A stretch of 21,544 nt of DNA from Planctomycetota bacterium (GTDB lineage: Bacteria; Planctomycetota; SZUA-567; H5-PLA8), in NCBI GenBank assembly GCA_045863855.1, contig BTVV01000104.1:1-21544 (forward strand), given 5' to 3'. Of the stretch, positions 8,388 through 16,531 are shown one piece after another; position 1 is the first letter of the stretch; every line of letters begins with the position of its first letter. The notes beneath the pieces are model-generated. The model saw only the letters and a list, made by a program, of their open reading frames with translations. It was not told the origin of the DNA and searched no databases. The position numbers and the translations under genes are program-made.

Positions 8388-9635
8388 TTACTTCCCGCGC
8401 AGATCGTACGCCGCGGCCTGCCCTTCTTTATTCCGCACGAAGATGCGTCCACCGCTGAACGCCGGGCTCGTCCAGCACGTCCCCGAGTGGATCGCCACGC
8501 GTGCCGCCGGAGTGAAGTTCGCCGGACTCGCGTCCGCGATCGCCAACTCGCCCTTGTCCGAGAAGACCACCAGCTTCCCGCTCACCACGATCACCGATCC
8601 GCCCAGCCCCTGCTGCACCCACTTCTGCTGGCCGGTCGCGAAATCCAGGCACTTCAGCGACTGCTTGCCCATCTGCCCGTCCATGCCGTAGATGTGTCCT
8701 TCGTAATACACCGGGCCCGTCGTGTGCGATGCGATCGTTTTGTTCGTCCAGAGCTGCTTGGCGCCGCCCGCTCCCACTTGAACCAGCGCGCACCCTGTGC
8801 CGTAGCCCGAAGTGATGAAGATTTTGTCGCCCACCACGATCGGGTCCGACGCGTTCACCTCGTAGCTCGTCTTCCACGGGCTCTGGAAAATCTGCTGCCC
8901 GTTCTGCAGGCTCAACCCCACCAGCCCGGTCGCCGAGAACATTGCCACAGCCGTAGGAGCGCCCGCCGGAAAGAGCACCGCCGAACTGTACCCCGCCCCG
9001 TCGCTCCCGCTCTTCCAGACCACTTGCCCCGTCGTCTTGTTAAAGGCCACCACCGAAGCGTTCGGAGCGCCCGGGTTCACGATCACCACTTCGCCGTGGA
9101 CCGTCGGCGAACTCGAAAGCCCCCAGCGCGGAATCCGCGCGCCCAGTTCCTGCCGCGTATCCTTCTGCCACACCACCGCGCCCTTCGCCGCGTCCAGGCA
9201 CAGCAGCAGGCCTTCGCGGCTGTACGTGTATACCTTCCCGCTGTCCACCGCCGGCGTCGCGCGCGGCCCCGGATACTGATTGTCCGTCCCGCAGCGGTAG
9301 CTGTACTTCCAGACCTCTTGGCCCGAATCCGCGTCCACGCACCAGACCGTGTCCTGACCGCCCGAATTCCCCAGGTTGTAGGCTTTGTTCCCGCTCACCA
9401 CCCAAGCCGAATAGCCCTGCCCGATATCTTTCTGCCACAGTTGCTTCGGCTTCCCGCCCGGCCATTGGGTCGTCCACGACGTATCCGTCGTGATCCCCGT
9501 CCGGTCCGGTCCGCGCCACTGCGGCCACTCCACCGCCGCCGGCGCGCCCGCCCATACCGCGCCCGACGCGCAAAGCGCCAACACCACGGCGCTTCGAATC
9601 ACGAGCGAGGGTCCGCCGCCAACGGGGCTGTGCAT
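8388..9635 (-). CDS. Secreted PQQ-binding-like beta-propeller repeat protein
   Basis: ATG 9635 preceded by GGGAG; signal peptide; EWPQWRGPDRTG, GPRATPAVD, SSSPTV and CWTSPAFSGGRIFVRN motifs. Confidence 0.88.
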   Translation of the reverse strand: MHSPVGGGPSLVIRSAVVLALCASGAVWAGAPAAVEWPQWRGPDRTGITTDTSWTTQWPGGKPKQLWQKDIGQGYSAWVVSGNKAYNLGNSGGQDTVWCVDADSGQEVWKYSYRCGTDNQYPGPRATPAVDSGKVYTYSREGLLLCLDAAKGAVVWQKDTRQELGARIPRWGLSSSPTVHGEVVIVNPGAPNASVVAFNKTTGQVVWKSGSDGAGYSSAVLFPAGAPTAVAMFSATGLVGLSLQNGQQIFQSPWKTSYEVNASDPIVVGDKIFITSGYGTGCALVQVGAGGAKQLWTNKTIASHTTGPVYYEGHIYGMDGQMGKQSLKCLDFATGQQKWVQQGLGGSVIVVSGKLVVFSDKGELAIADASPANFTPAARVAIHSGTCWTSPAFSGGRIFVRNKEGQAAAYDLRGK

Positions 9636-9796
9636 GAGTTGCTCCCTGTATATAAGGACAGTTCGATGGTGCAGCGCACCCAGTCTAGCACGCACGACTT
9701 TCCCCGCCAGACGGATCGGACACCCGGTTGACGCCTTGGACGCCCCGAAAGCTGCACTTCTTCATCCTGCACCAAGTGAACTCGAAGGTACCCCAC

Positions 9797-9821
9797 ACCG
9801 TTTACCGTTTACCGTTTACCG
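9797..9821. repeat. Heptamer tandem repeat (ACCGTTT)x3 + ACCG
   Basis: Read directly from the sequence: accgttt accgttt accgttt accg. Confidence 0.9.
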
Positions 9822-9848
9822 CTCCCCCCTCCCGCCTATGATGCCTTC
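9815..9848 (+). promoter_or_regulatory. Putative sigma70-type promoter giving a leaderless DUF2784 mRNA
   Basis: TTTACC (9815-9820), 16 bp, TATGAT (9837-9842), 6 bp, ATG 9849. No Shine-Dalgarno in the pyrimidine-rich upstream DNA. Confidence 0.5.
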
Positions 9849-10283
9849 ATGCCGCACCGCCTCTGCGCCGATCTCGTCGCGCTCATCCACGCCGCGATCG
9901 TCCTCTACATCCTCCTCGGCGTCCCCCTCATTCTGATCGGACTATGGCGCGGCTGGCTCTGGGTGCGTCGGCCCTGGTTTCGCCTCTCCCATCTGCTCTT
10001 AAGCCTTGCCGTGATCGGCTTCGAATGGGCCGGCCAACCCTGCCCGCTCACCTCGCTCGAACGAAACCTCCGCGCCGCCGAAGGCGGAGCGTACGAAGGG
10101 TCGTTTATCCAGCATTACGTGAGCGAAGCGATCCACCTGGACCTGACGCCGCAACAACTGGCGCTGCCGACGAGTTGTTGGGTGGCGCTGATCGTGGGGT
10201 TGTTTATCTGGCGCGGTCCCCGCCGAAGCGAACGCGCTCAGACCGGCGGCGAACGCCGCGAAGACTTGGGCGGACGGACATAG
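9849..10283 (+). CDS. DUF2784 family membrane protein
   Basis: ADLVALIH...WFRLSHL...CPLTSLERNLR...YEGSFIQHY pattern with three hydrophobic segments. Confidence 0.85.
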   Translation: MPHRLCADLVALIHAAIVLYILLGVPLILIGLWRGWLWVRRPWFRLSHLLLSLAVIGFEWAGQPCPLTSLERNLRAAEGGAYEGSFIQHYVSEAIHLDLTPQQLALPTSCWVALIVGLFIWRGPRRSERAQTGGERREDLGGRT

Positions 10284-10927
10284 GCTCCGGTATCCGGCAC
10301 GTTCACGCTCGGATAGCGCCCCGAAACCGGCTTGCCGCGCCGGCCGTAAAAGAGGCTCGGAGAACGATACATCAAATCCAGCGCCGGCGAGATCGTCCCC
10401 GGCACCAGCGTCGCCGTCTGACGCGCGCGTTCCTTCATCGCCTGCTCATCCAGAAACGCATTCAGCAGCGTCGCCATCTCCTCCACCGCCTGGTCGCGGT
10501 TGAACTCCGTGTACGGTTCGATGCACGACGGCGCGGCAAAGAGCTTCTCGGCCAGAATCCGGTCCAACTCCAATTCGACCTTCATGCGCGCCGCCGCGTA
10601 AATCTCGCCGTCCACCGCCCGCATCGTGCCCAGGAAGATGGTCCGCGGATTACCCAGCACCTTCGCGTCCAGCAGGAAACGCAACTCCTGCGCGCTCGTC
10701 AGAAGATTCAGGTTGATCACCGCGAAGTTGAACGCACTGCCGCAGTTCTTGGCTTTGAAATCGTCGATCTGCGCCGCCGCATGTTCCAGCGTCTGCCCGA
10801 TCGGAAAAAACGTGTCCAGCCCGTGAGCCCCCGTCGCGAGCGCCTTGCGGATCCGCTCGACAACCTGAATCTCCTTCGGCATCCCCACCGACTCGAAACC
10901 TAAGACCGAGTACTTAAACGCCTGCAT
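10238..10927 (-). CDS. Hypothetical protein, possible degenerate receiver (REC-like) domain with a disordered basic tail
   Basis: ATG 10927 with a GGGGA RBS and native codon usage. Alternating beta/alpha pattern SVLGFES / FNFAVINLNL / PRTIFLGT resembles REC strands 1, 3 and 4. Confidence 0.65.
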   Translation of the reverse strand: MQAFKYSVLGFESVGMPKEIQVVERIRKALATGAHGLDTFFPIGQTLEHAAAQIDDFKAKNCGSAFNFAVINLNLLTSAQELRFLLDAKVLGNPRTIFLGTMRAVDGEIYAAARMKVELELDRILAEKLFAAPSCIEPYTEFNRDQAVEEMATLLNAFLDEQAMKERARQTATLVPGTISPALDLMYRSPSLFYGRRGKPVSGRYPSVNVPDTGAYVRPPKSSRRSPPV

Positions 10928-11013
10928 GCCCGTTCCCCGTTGTAGGTGGCTGTGCGGCCTCAAAGGACGCACATCGGTTCGTGTATCTTACCCGTTCATC
11001 GACTTATGCACCA

Positions 11014-11029
11014 TGCAAACTTCAATCCA
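11014..11029 (-). promoter_or_regulatory. Putative sigma54 (-24/-12) promoter for the 10238-10927 gene
   Basis: Minus strand reads TGGattgaagtTTGCA: exact GG-N10-GC spacing with a TTGCA -12 box, about 87 bp upstream of the ATG. Confidence 0.55.
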
Positions 11030-11134
11030 TCCCTAGCAACTCCACATTCAACCATAACCAGCGCTAAATACTATACTTAAGTGATTACCGAATTCTGCGT
11101 ATCGAGGTCGAAACATACCTTGGACGACGAAACC

Positions 11135-11149
11135 GACTCAAATTGAGTC
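11135..11149. promoter_or_regulatory. Perfect 7-1-7 palindrome, candidate activator/enhancer site
   Basis: GACTCAA-A-TTGAGTC in intergenic DNA, about 110-120 bp upstream of the -24 box. Confidence 0.5.
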
Positions 11150-11206
11150 ACCCCAAGCGCGGACGAAGAAGTCTGGGTTATTTGCGAAGCGACCGGGCGG
11201 CAGGCT

Positions 11207-11830
11207 CTACAGGACGCCCTTGGTGCTGGGCACCCCGGAGACGCGCGGGTCGCGTTCCACGGCTTGCCGCAGCGCGCGGGCGAAGGCTTTGAAGGTCGCT
11301 TCGATCAGGTGATGCGTATTCCGGCCCGCCCGCAGATCGACATGCATCGTGCTCAGGCTCGACGATGCGAACGCGCCGAGGAAATCCTCCAGCAGCTCCA
11401 CGTCGAAGGTTCCGACCTTCCCCTTCTGCAGCCGCTTGCGCCCGCGGAACGAGAGGTGCGCGCGGCCGGAAAGGTCGATCGTCACCTGCGCCAAGGCTTC
11501 GTCCAGCGGCACGCTCGCGAACCCGAATCGCCGGATCCCGGCCTTGTCGCCCAGCGCGTCCTTCACCGCCATGCCCAGCACGATGCCCACGTCTTCCACG
11601 CTGTGGTGATCGTCGACGTGCCGGTCGCCCGCGCAGGCCACCTTGAGGTCCAGCGCCCCGTGCTTGGCCAGCGCCTCCAGCATGTGGTCGAAGAACCCGA
11701 TCCCGGTCCCCGCGTCGGCTTGGCCCGAACCGTCCAGGTTCAGCGTCAGGCGAATATCGGTCTCGAGCGTCTTGCGCTTCACGTCCGCGCGCCGGCCGCT
11801 CGTCTTTTTGCCGCCCGTCGTTTTAGCCAC
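11207..11830 (-). CDS. hisB: Imidazoleglycerol-phosphate dehydratase (monofunctional)
   Basis: RKTLETDI, TGIGFFDHML, DDHHSVED, PLDEAL, NTHHLIEATFKA and VPSTKGVL. Probable start GTG 11830, overlapping the hisC stop and preceded by GGGAG. Confidence 0.97.
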   Translation of the reverse strand: MAKTTGGKKTSGRRADVKRKTLETDIRLTLNLDGSGQADAGTGIGFFDHMLEALAKHGALDLKVACAGDRHVDDHHSVEDVGIVLGMAVKDALGDKAGIRRFGFASVPLDEALAQVTIDLSGRAHLSFRGRKRLQKGKVGTFDVELLEDFLGAFASSSLSTMHVDLRAGRNTHHLIEATFKAFARALRQAVERDPRVSGVPSTKGVL

Positions 11831-12908
11831 GCTGGAGATACTCCCGGAAACACTCGAGAAACGCATCGATCTCCCCGTCCGTGCCCACGGTGATGCGCAG
11901 GCCGTCATCGAGGAGCCTTGCCGGGAAGTATCGGATCAGAATGCCCCGCTCCTTAAGGAATCGGTACGCCCCCGCCGCGCGCTCCGCCGCCTTCGGACCC
12001 GGCAGCCGCGTAAAAACGAAGTTCGACTGGCTCGGCAACACCTCCAGCCCCAGCTCGTGCAACGCCTTCACCAGCCGCGCCCGCGTCGCCTTCACCTTGC
12101 GCGTGTTCGCCGCCGTCCACTCCGGATCGCGCAACGCCGCGGCCCCCGCCGCGATCGCCAGCCGGTCCAGGTTGTAGCTGTCTTTCACCTTCACCAGACC
12201 CGCTACGATCTCCCGCGACGCGTAAAGCAAACCCAGGCGCATCCCCGCCAGGCTGTGGCTCTTCGAGAACGTGCGCGTCACCACCACGTTCGGCTTCTCG
12301 CTCACCAGCCCCAGCGCGTGATGCTCCGCGAACTCCACGTACGCCTCGTCGATCACCAGGATGCCGTCGATCAGGCTGTCGGCCAGATGCCGCAGATCGT
12401 TCAGCGCGTAGACCGTCCCCGAAGGCGAATTCGGCGCCGCGACGAAGACCAGCTTCGCGCCACAGCCGTACAGATCCGCCGGCAGTTCGAAATCCCGGTT
12501 GAAATCCACCGTCCGAATCTCGGCGCCCTGCGCATGCGCGAGCGTCTCGTACAGCACATAGGTCGGATACGGGTACGCGATCGCGTCGCCTTCGGCCACG
12601 AACGCGCGCAGGAGCATCGCCAGCAGTTCGTCGCTCCCGTTCCCGTGCAGGATCTGCTCGACCGGCAGGCCCGTGGCCTCGCTCGCCGCGCGCCGAAGCT
12701 CCGTCGCCATCGGATCGCTGTAACGCCGCAGCCGCTCGCCTGCCGTCTTGCCCGACCCCAGTTCCGCCTGGATCGCTTCCACCACGCGCGGACTCGGCGG
12801 ATACGGATTCTCGTTCGTGTTCAGCTTGACGACCTTCGCCCCGGCCGGCGGCTGCTCGCCCGGTTTGTAGGCCTCCATCGCTTCGATGTTGGGACGAAAC
12901 AGGCTCAT
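11823..12908 (-). CDS. hisC: Histidinol-phosphate aminotransferase
   Basis: KLNTNENPYPPSP, GNGSDELL, IDEAYVEF and RTFSKSHSLAGMRLG (PLP lysine). ATG 12908 in an ATGA overlap with the hisD stop; the 13694 start in the ORF track is spurious. Confidence 0.96.
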   Translation of the reverse strand: MSLFRPNIEAMEAYKPGEQPPAGAKVVKLNTNENPYPPSPRVVEAIQAELGSGKTAGERLRRYSDPMATELRRAASEATGLPVEQILHGNGSDELLAMLLRAFVAEGDAIAYPYPTYVLYETLAHAQGAEIRTVDFNRDFELPADLYGCGAKLVFVAAPNSPSGTVYALNDLRHLADSLIDGILVIDEAYVEFAEHHALGLVSEKPNVVVTRTFSKSHSLAGMRLGLLYASREIVAGLVKVKDSYNLDRLAIAAGAAALRDPEWTAANTRKVKATRARLVKALHELGLEVLPSQSNFVFTRLPGPKAAERAAGAYRFLKERGILIRYFPARLLDDGLRITVGTDGEIDAFLECFREYLQRG

Positions 12909-14290
12909 CGCGATTTCCCGCCGCGTCGCACCGCCACCGCCCGCCGGTGCGCTTCCAACCCCTCGGCATCCGCCAGCGTCTCGATCGCGCTGCTCAGCGC
13001 GCCCAAGCCCGCCGCGTCCGCCCCGATCAGACTCGTCCGGCGCAGGAAAGTATACACGCTCACCCCGCTGAACGCCCGCGCCGTGCCCCCCGTCGGCAGC
13101 GTGTGGCTCGGACCGGCCACGTAATCCCCCAGAGACTCCGTGGCGTACGGCGTCAGGAATATCGCGCCCGCCGTCGTCAGCCGCCGCGACACAGGCTTGG
13201 GACTGCGCACAAACAGCTCCAGATGCTCCGGCGCCAGCGCATTGGCCGCTTCGATCGCCCCGCTCAAATCCTTCGCCACCACCGCCAGGCCCCAGTCGCG
13301 CAGCGCCGATCCAGCGATCTCGCGCCGCGGCAGCGTCGCGAGCTGCTTCGCCAACTCGGACTGCACCGCCAGCGCCACGCGCATCGAATCCGTCACCAGC
13401 ACGCAGCTCGACAGCGGATCGTGCTCCGCCTGCGCCAGCAGATCCGCCGCAATCCAGTCCGCGCGCGGGCGCGCCGCGCCTTCGGCCAGCACCAGCACCT
13501 CGCTGGGACCGGCCAGCATGTCGATATCCACGTGCCCGAAAACCGCGCGCTTGGCCAGCATCACGAACAGGTTGCCCGGCCCGACGATCTTCTCCACGCG
13601 CGGAACGCTCGGCGTCCCGAAGGCCAGCGCCCCGATCGCCTGCGCCCCGCCCAGACGGTAAATTTCCTCCACGCCCAACAGTTCGCAGGCGCACAGCACC
13701 CCGTCGCTCAGCGCGCCTTTAGGCCCGCAAGGCGTGCAAACCGCGATCTCTTGCACGCCCGCTTCCTGAGCCGGAATCACGTTCATCAGCACGCTCGACG
13801 GATACGCCGCCGTCCCGCCCGGCACGTACACGCCCACGCGCCGCAGCGCACTCCACATCAGCCCCGCCGTCACGCCCTTCGGACCGCCCGCGCTCGACTG
13901 AGGCGCGAGGGCCTTCGGCAGCAGCCGCCGCTGGTACTCGGCGATCCGCCGCGCCGACAGCTCCAGCGCCTTGCGCAGCTTCGCCGGCGTGCGCCGGTAG
14001 CCCGCGCGCCGCTCCGCCGCCGATACCTTCAGCAGCTTCGGCGTCAGCGCCACCCCGTCGATACGCTTGGCGTAATGCCTCATGGCCGCGTCGCCGTCCG
14101 CGCGCACGTCCGACAGAATCCGCGCCACCACCGCTTCCGGCGCCAGCACCTTCCCGAAAAGCTGCTTCACGCGCGCGCGGTACGCCGCACTGTCCAGGCG
14201 TTCCATCGCCGCCAGTCGGCCGTCCAGGCGCGCCAGCGCCTTGCGCGCGGCGGCCGTTCCGGCTCGAACCATCGGCAGTACGGAGGACAT
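12905..14290 (-). CDS. hisD: Histidinol dehydrogenase
   Basis: GVYVPGG, GGAQAIGALAFG, KIVGPGN, IDMLAGPSEV, AQAEHD, APEHLEL, GDYVAGPSHTLPT and EGLEAH. Confidence 0.97.
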   Translation of the reverse strand: MSSVLPMVRAGTAAARKALARLDGRLAAMERLDSAAYRARVKQLFGKVLAPEAVVARILSDVRADGDAAMRHYAKRIDGVALTPKLLKVSAAERRAGYRRTPAKLRKALELSARRIAEYQRRLLPKALAPQSSAGGPKGVTAGLMWSALRRVGVYVPGGTAAYPSSVLMNVIPAQEAGVQEIAVCTPCGPKGALSDGVLCACELLGVEEIYRLGGAQAIGALAFGTPSVPRVEKIVGPGNLFVMLAKRAVFGHVDIDMLAGPSEVLVLAEGAARPRADWIAADLLAQAEHDPLSSCVLVTDSMRVALAVQSELAKQLATLPRREIAGSALRDWGLAVVAKDLSGAIEAANALAPEHLELFVRSPKPVSRRLTTAGAIFLTPYATESLGDYVAGPSHTLPTGGTARAFSGVSVYTFLRRTSLIGADAAGLGALSSAIETLADAEGLEAHRRAVAVRRGGKSR

Positions 14291-14473
14291 GGCGGTTAGA
14301 ATGCTCCCAAAACCGTTGCTCGGCTCGAACCCGCGAAGGGGCTCACGTTAACGCACCACGCCGCTTCTGCAACGCTAGCGGCGAAAGACTCGCGCGCGGA
14401 ACCTGAATCTGAGGTCGCAGGTGGCCGTCCGGTTGTTGTACAAGTGGACTGTCGGTTACGGAGACCATCGATC

Positions 14474-15262
14474 ATGGCCGCTCAAACGCAACCCCCGCCG
14501 CCGCGCCCGATTCCTTGGCGCTTGCTCATATACGCGCTGCTCTTCGTCGGCGTCGGCTCCGGCAGCGTCTACATGGTCGATCAGTTGGTCGTCAAGCCGC
14601 GCCAGCAGTACGAACGCGAGATGCAGGAAAAAATCGCCGCCCAATCCAAGCAAATCGCCGAACTCGACGCGCGACGAAAGGAACTCGAAGCCTTCGTCGG
14701 ACGCCTCAAGCATTCCGAACGCCGCGCCCAGATCGTCGTCCTCGACCAGCGCAAGGACGAAGCCGGGCAGATCTACACACGCTTTCGATTCACCGAGATC
14801 GACGCCGACGGCAACCCGATCAAGGACGGGATCGAGATCGAAGTTCCCGGCGAGGAGATCTACTTCGACGCGCTGGCCATCAAGTTCGAGGACGCGTTCG
14901 TCGAACAAGGCGACGCGCTGAAGGGCAAATCCCTGCTCCTCTTTCGCCGCGTCTTCACCAACCGCCTGATGCCCGACGACGGCTACGCCCTCGATCCGCG
15001 CGGAATGGCCCCCGAGATCTACGCGTCCAAAGAAGCGCCCGGCGATCTCGAGAAGGAACTCTGGCTGAAATTCTGGGAACTCGCCGACAACCCCGACCTG
15101 GCTAAAGAGAAAGGCATCCGCGCCATCCACGGCGAAGCCGTCTACGCCAAGCTCAAGAAGGATAAAGTCTACCTCGTCGAACTCCGCAGCACCGGCGAAC
15201 TGACCGTCACCCTGCCCATGTCCATCAAGAAGCCGCCCGCCGAAGCCGGGAAATCCGAATAG
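14474..15262 (+). CDS. Hypothetical protein: N-terminal TM anchor, coiled coil and globular domain
   Basis: ATG 14474 after GGAGA; TM segment LLIYALLFVGVGSGSVYM; heptad helix QQYEREMQEKIAAQSKQIAELDARRKELEAFVGRL; strongly coding codon usage. Confidence 0.8.
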   Translation: MAAQTQPPPPRPIPWRLLIYALLFVGVGSGSVYMVDQLVVKPRQQYEREMQEKIAAQSKQIAELDARRKELEAFVGRLKHSERRAQIVVLDQRKDEAGQIYTRFRFTEIDADGNPIKDGIEIEVPGEEIYFDALAIKFEDAFVEQGDALKGKSLLLFRRVFTNRLMPDDGYALDPRGMAPEIYASKEAPGDLEKELWLKFWELADNPDLAKEKGIRAIHGEAVYAKLKKDKVYLVELRSTGELTVTLPMSIKKPPAEAGKSE

Positions 15263-15266
15263 CGAG

Positions 15267-16406
15267 CTACTCCGCTACATCCCCGACCTTCGCCAGATAA
15301 ATCTGCCGCGAACCCTCGTGGATCGAGTCGAACGTGAACGACTGCCCGTCCGCCGACCAGCGCGGATGCAGATCGCAGCGGATGTCCCCGCGGAACGGCT
15401 CCGGAGAATCGAACGGCCCCAAGTCCACCCGCCGGCGCGATGCCAATTCGTACACGAACAGTTGCGCGCGTGGCGGCGTGCCTTGCGGGTACGTGTCGCA
15501 CAAGAGCCAGCGCCGGTCCGCGCGGTACGAAGCGTGCCCGTCGGCCGGCAGCACCTCGGGGTCCAGCGCGCGAGCCGCGCCCGTCCGCTCGTTCAGCAGC
15601 ACGAACTGCATCGGCCCCAGTACGTTGCTGCTCACCAAGATCGTCTCGTCGTCGAACCAGTCGAAGTGGCTCACCTTTCGCCCGAACGGTATCAGCGCCT
15701 TCAAGCCCGCGCCGTCCGGGCTCACCGACCAGAGCGAACTCAGCCAGCTATCCGCCAGCTTGATCCGCCCGATCAGCAGTGCCCGCGTCCCCGACGGATT
15801 GAGATGCAGATGGTCGATCCATACCGCGCCGTAATCGCCGGGCGGCGGAGGCGCCGCGGCCAGCAGCTCCGGCAGAGGCAGCACCAGCGCGGACGAACCC
15901 GTCTTCAGGTCGAGCCGGAAAATCCCGTCATCCGCCGGACACGCCCCGCGAAAATAAGCCGCGCCGCACGCGTAACCCGTCACCGAACGGATGTGGTACG
16001 AGCGCGCCCGGTCCAGCCCCAGCGCCACCGCGCCGTGCCGTGCCACCGCCGCCAGCGAACCGTGCAGTTCGCGCTTCAAGCCTGACTTCGGATTCACCGC
16101 ACGCACGCCCAGACGGCCTTCGCGCCAGACGTTGAAGACGACCTCTTCGCCGAAGCCCACGTCGATGACATGCAGCATCGCGCCCTGCTGCAAGTTGAAC
16201 GCGCGCGTACGGTCCAGTTCGGTGAAGCGTCCGCTCGCGCGGTCCACCAGCCCCACGCGCGCCTCGTCGGCCTCGGTCGGCCGGCGATCGTGGAAATCGG
16301 TCTGCAGCGCCAGGTGCTCGTTCTCGCCCGCCAGCCACGGATCGATCCCGTAATAGCCGAAGAAATGATGGCGCGGCCCGACCGTCAACGCTCGAACGGA
16401 TGGCAT
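15267..16406 (-). CDS. Cytoplasmic TolB/WD40-like beta-propeller, oligogalacturonate-lyase (PL22)-like
   Basis: ATG 16406 with a GAGGGG RBS. Motifs HHFFGYY, AFNLQQGAM, DDGIFRLDLKTG, WIDHLHLNPSG, SHFDW, DGHASY, DTYP and RCDLHPRWS..G...FDS.H.GSRQIY. No signal peptide. The 17222 start is a shadow of the MTase. Confidence 0.75.
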   Translation of the reverse strand: MPSVRALTVGPRHHFFGYYGIDPWLAGENEHLALQTDFHDRRPTEADEARVGLVDRASGRFTELDRTRAFNLQQGAMLHVIDVGFGEEVVFNVWREGRLGVRAVNPKSGLKRELHGSLAAVARHGAVALGLDRARSYHIRSVTGYACGAAYFRGACPADDGIFRLDLKTGSSALVLPLPELLAAAPPPPGDYGAVWIDHLHLNPSGTRALLIGRIKLADSWLSSLWSVSPDGAGLKALIPFGRKVSHFDWFDDETILVSSNVLGPMQFVLLNERTGAARALDPEVLPADGHASYRADRRWLLCDTYPQGTPPRAQLFVYELASRRRVDLGPFDSPEPFRGDIRCDLHPRWSADGQSFTFDSIHEGSRQIYLAKVGDVAE

Positions 16407-16455
16407 CTGTTTTCCCCTCGTTGAACGCTCGAACTGAAGCCAAATTTCCAGATTG

Positions 16456-16492
16456 GGCTTATTGACAGCATAAGTCATGCACGGCGTAGATT
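16456..16492. promoter_or_regulatory. Divergent promoter region with a consensus -35 and nested inverted repeats
   Basis: TTGACA (16462-16467) with TAGATT 19 bp later (16487-16492). TGAC-N7-GTCA (16463-16477), CTTAT/ATAAG and GCAT/ATGC dyads overlap it. Confidence 0.4.
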
Positions 16493-16531
16493 CCCTCAAG
16501 CTTCCCGCCCGCCCCGGTCGAATCCCTAGAC

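Noticed and set aside
2254..9635. Calling the propellers BamB, PQQ dehydrogenases or AfsK kinases
   Set aside because: There is no bam/der context, no kinase domain and no quinoprotein active-site motifs; only the repeat fold is supported.
2662..9731. Long + strand ORFs (2662-4008, 3926-6400, 6977-8335, 8337-9731)
   Set aside because: Antisense shadows of the propeller genes; Arg/His-rich translations without motifs, as expected in high-GC DNA.
9797..9821. CRISPR or iteron interpretation of the short repeat
   Set aside because: The units are 7 bp with no spacers, and there are no cas or rep genes.
12909..13694. Apparent 623-aa HisC with an N-terminal extension
   Set aside because: The extension is an alternate frame inside hisD; the true start is the ATGA-coupled ATG at 12908.
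11643..14299. + strand ORFs 11643-13124 and 12947-14299
   Set aside because: Shadows of hisC and hisD.
14436..14443. TTGTACAA palindrome upstream of the coiled-coil gene
   Set aside because: Only 8 bp, no cognate regulator nearby, and it could arise by chance or be part of a -10 region.
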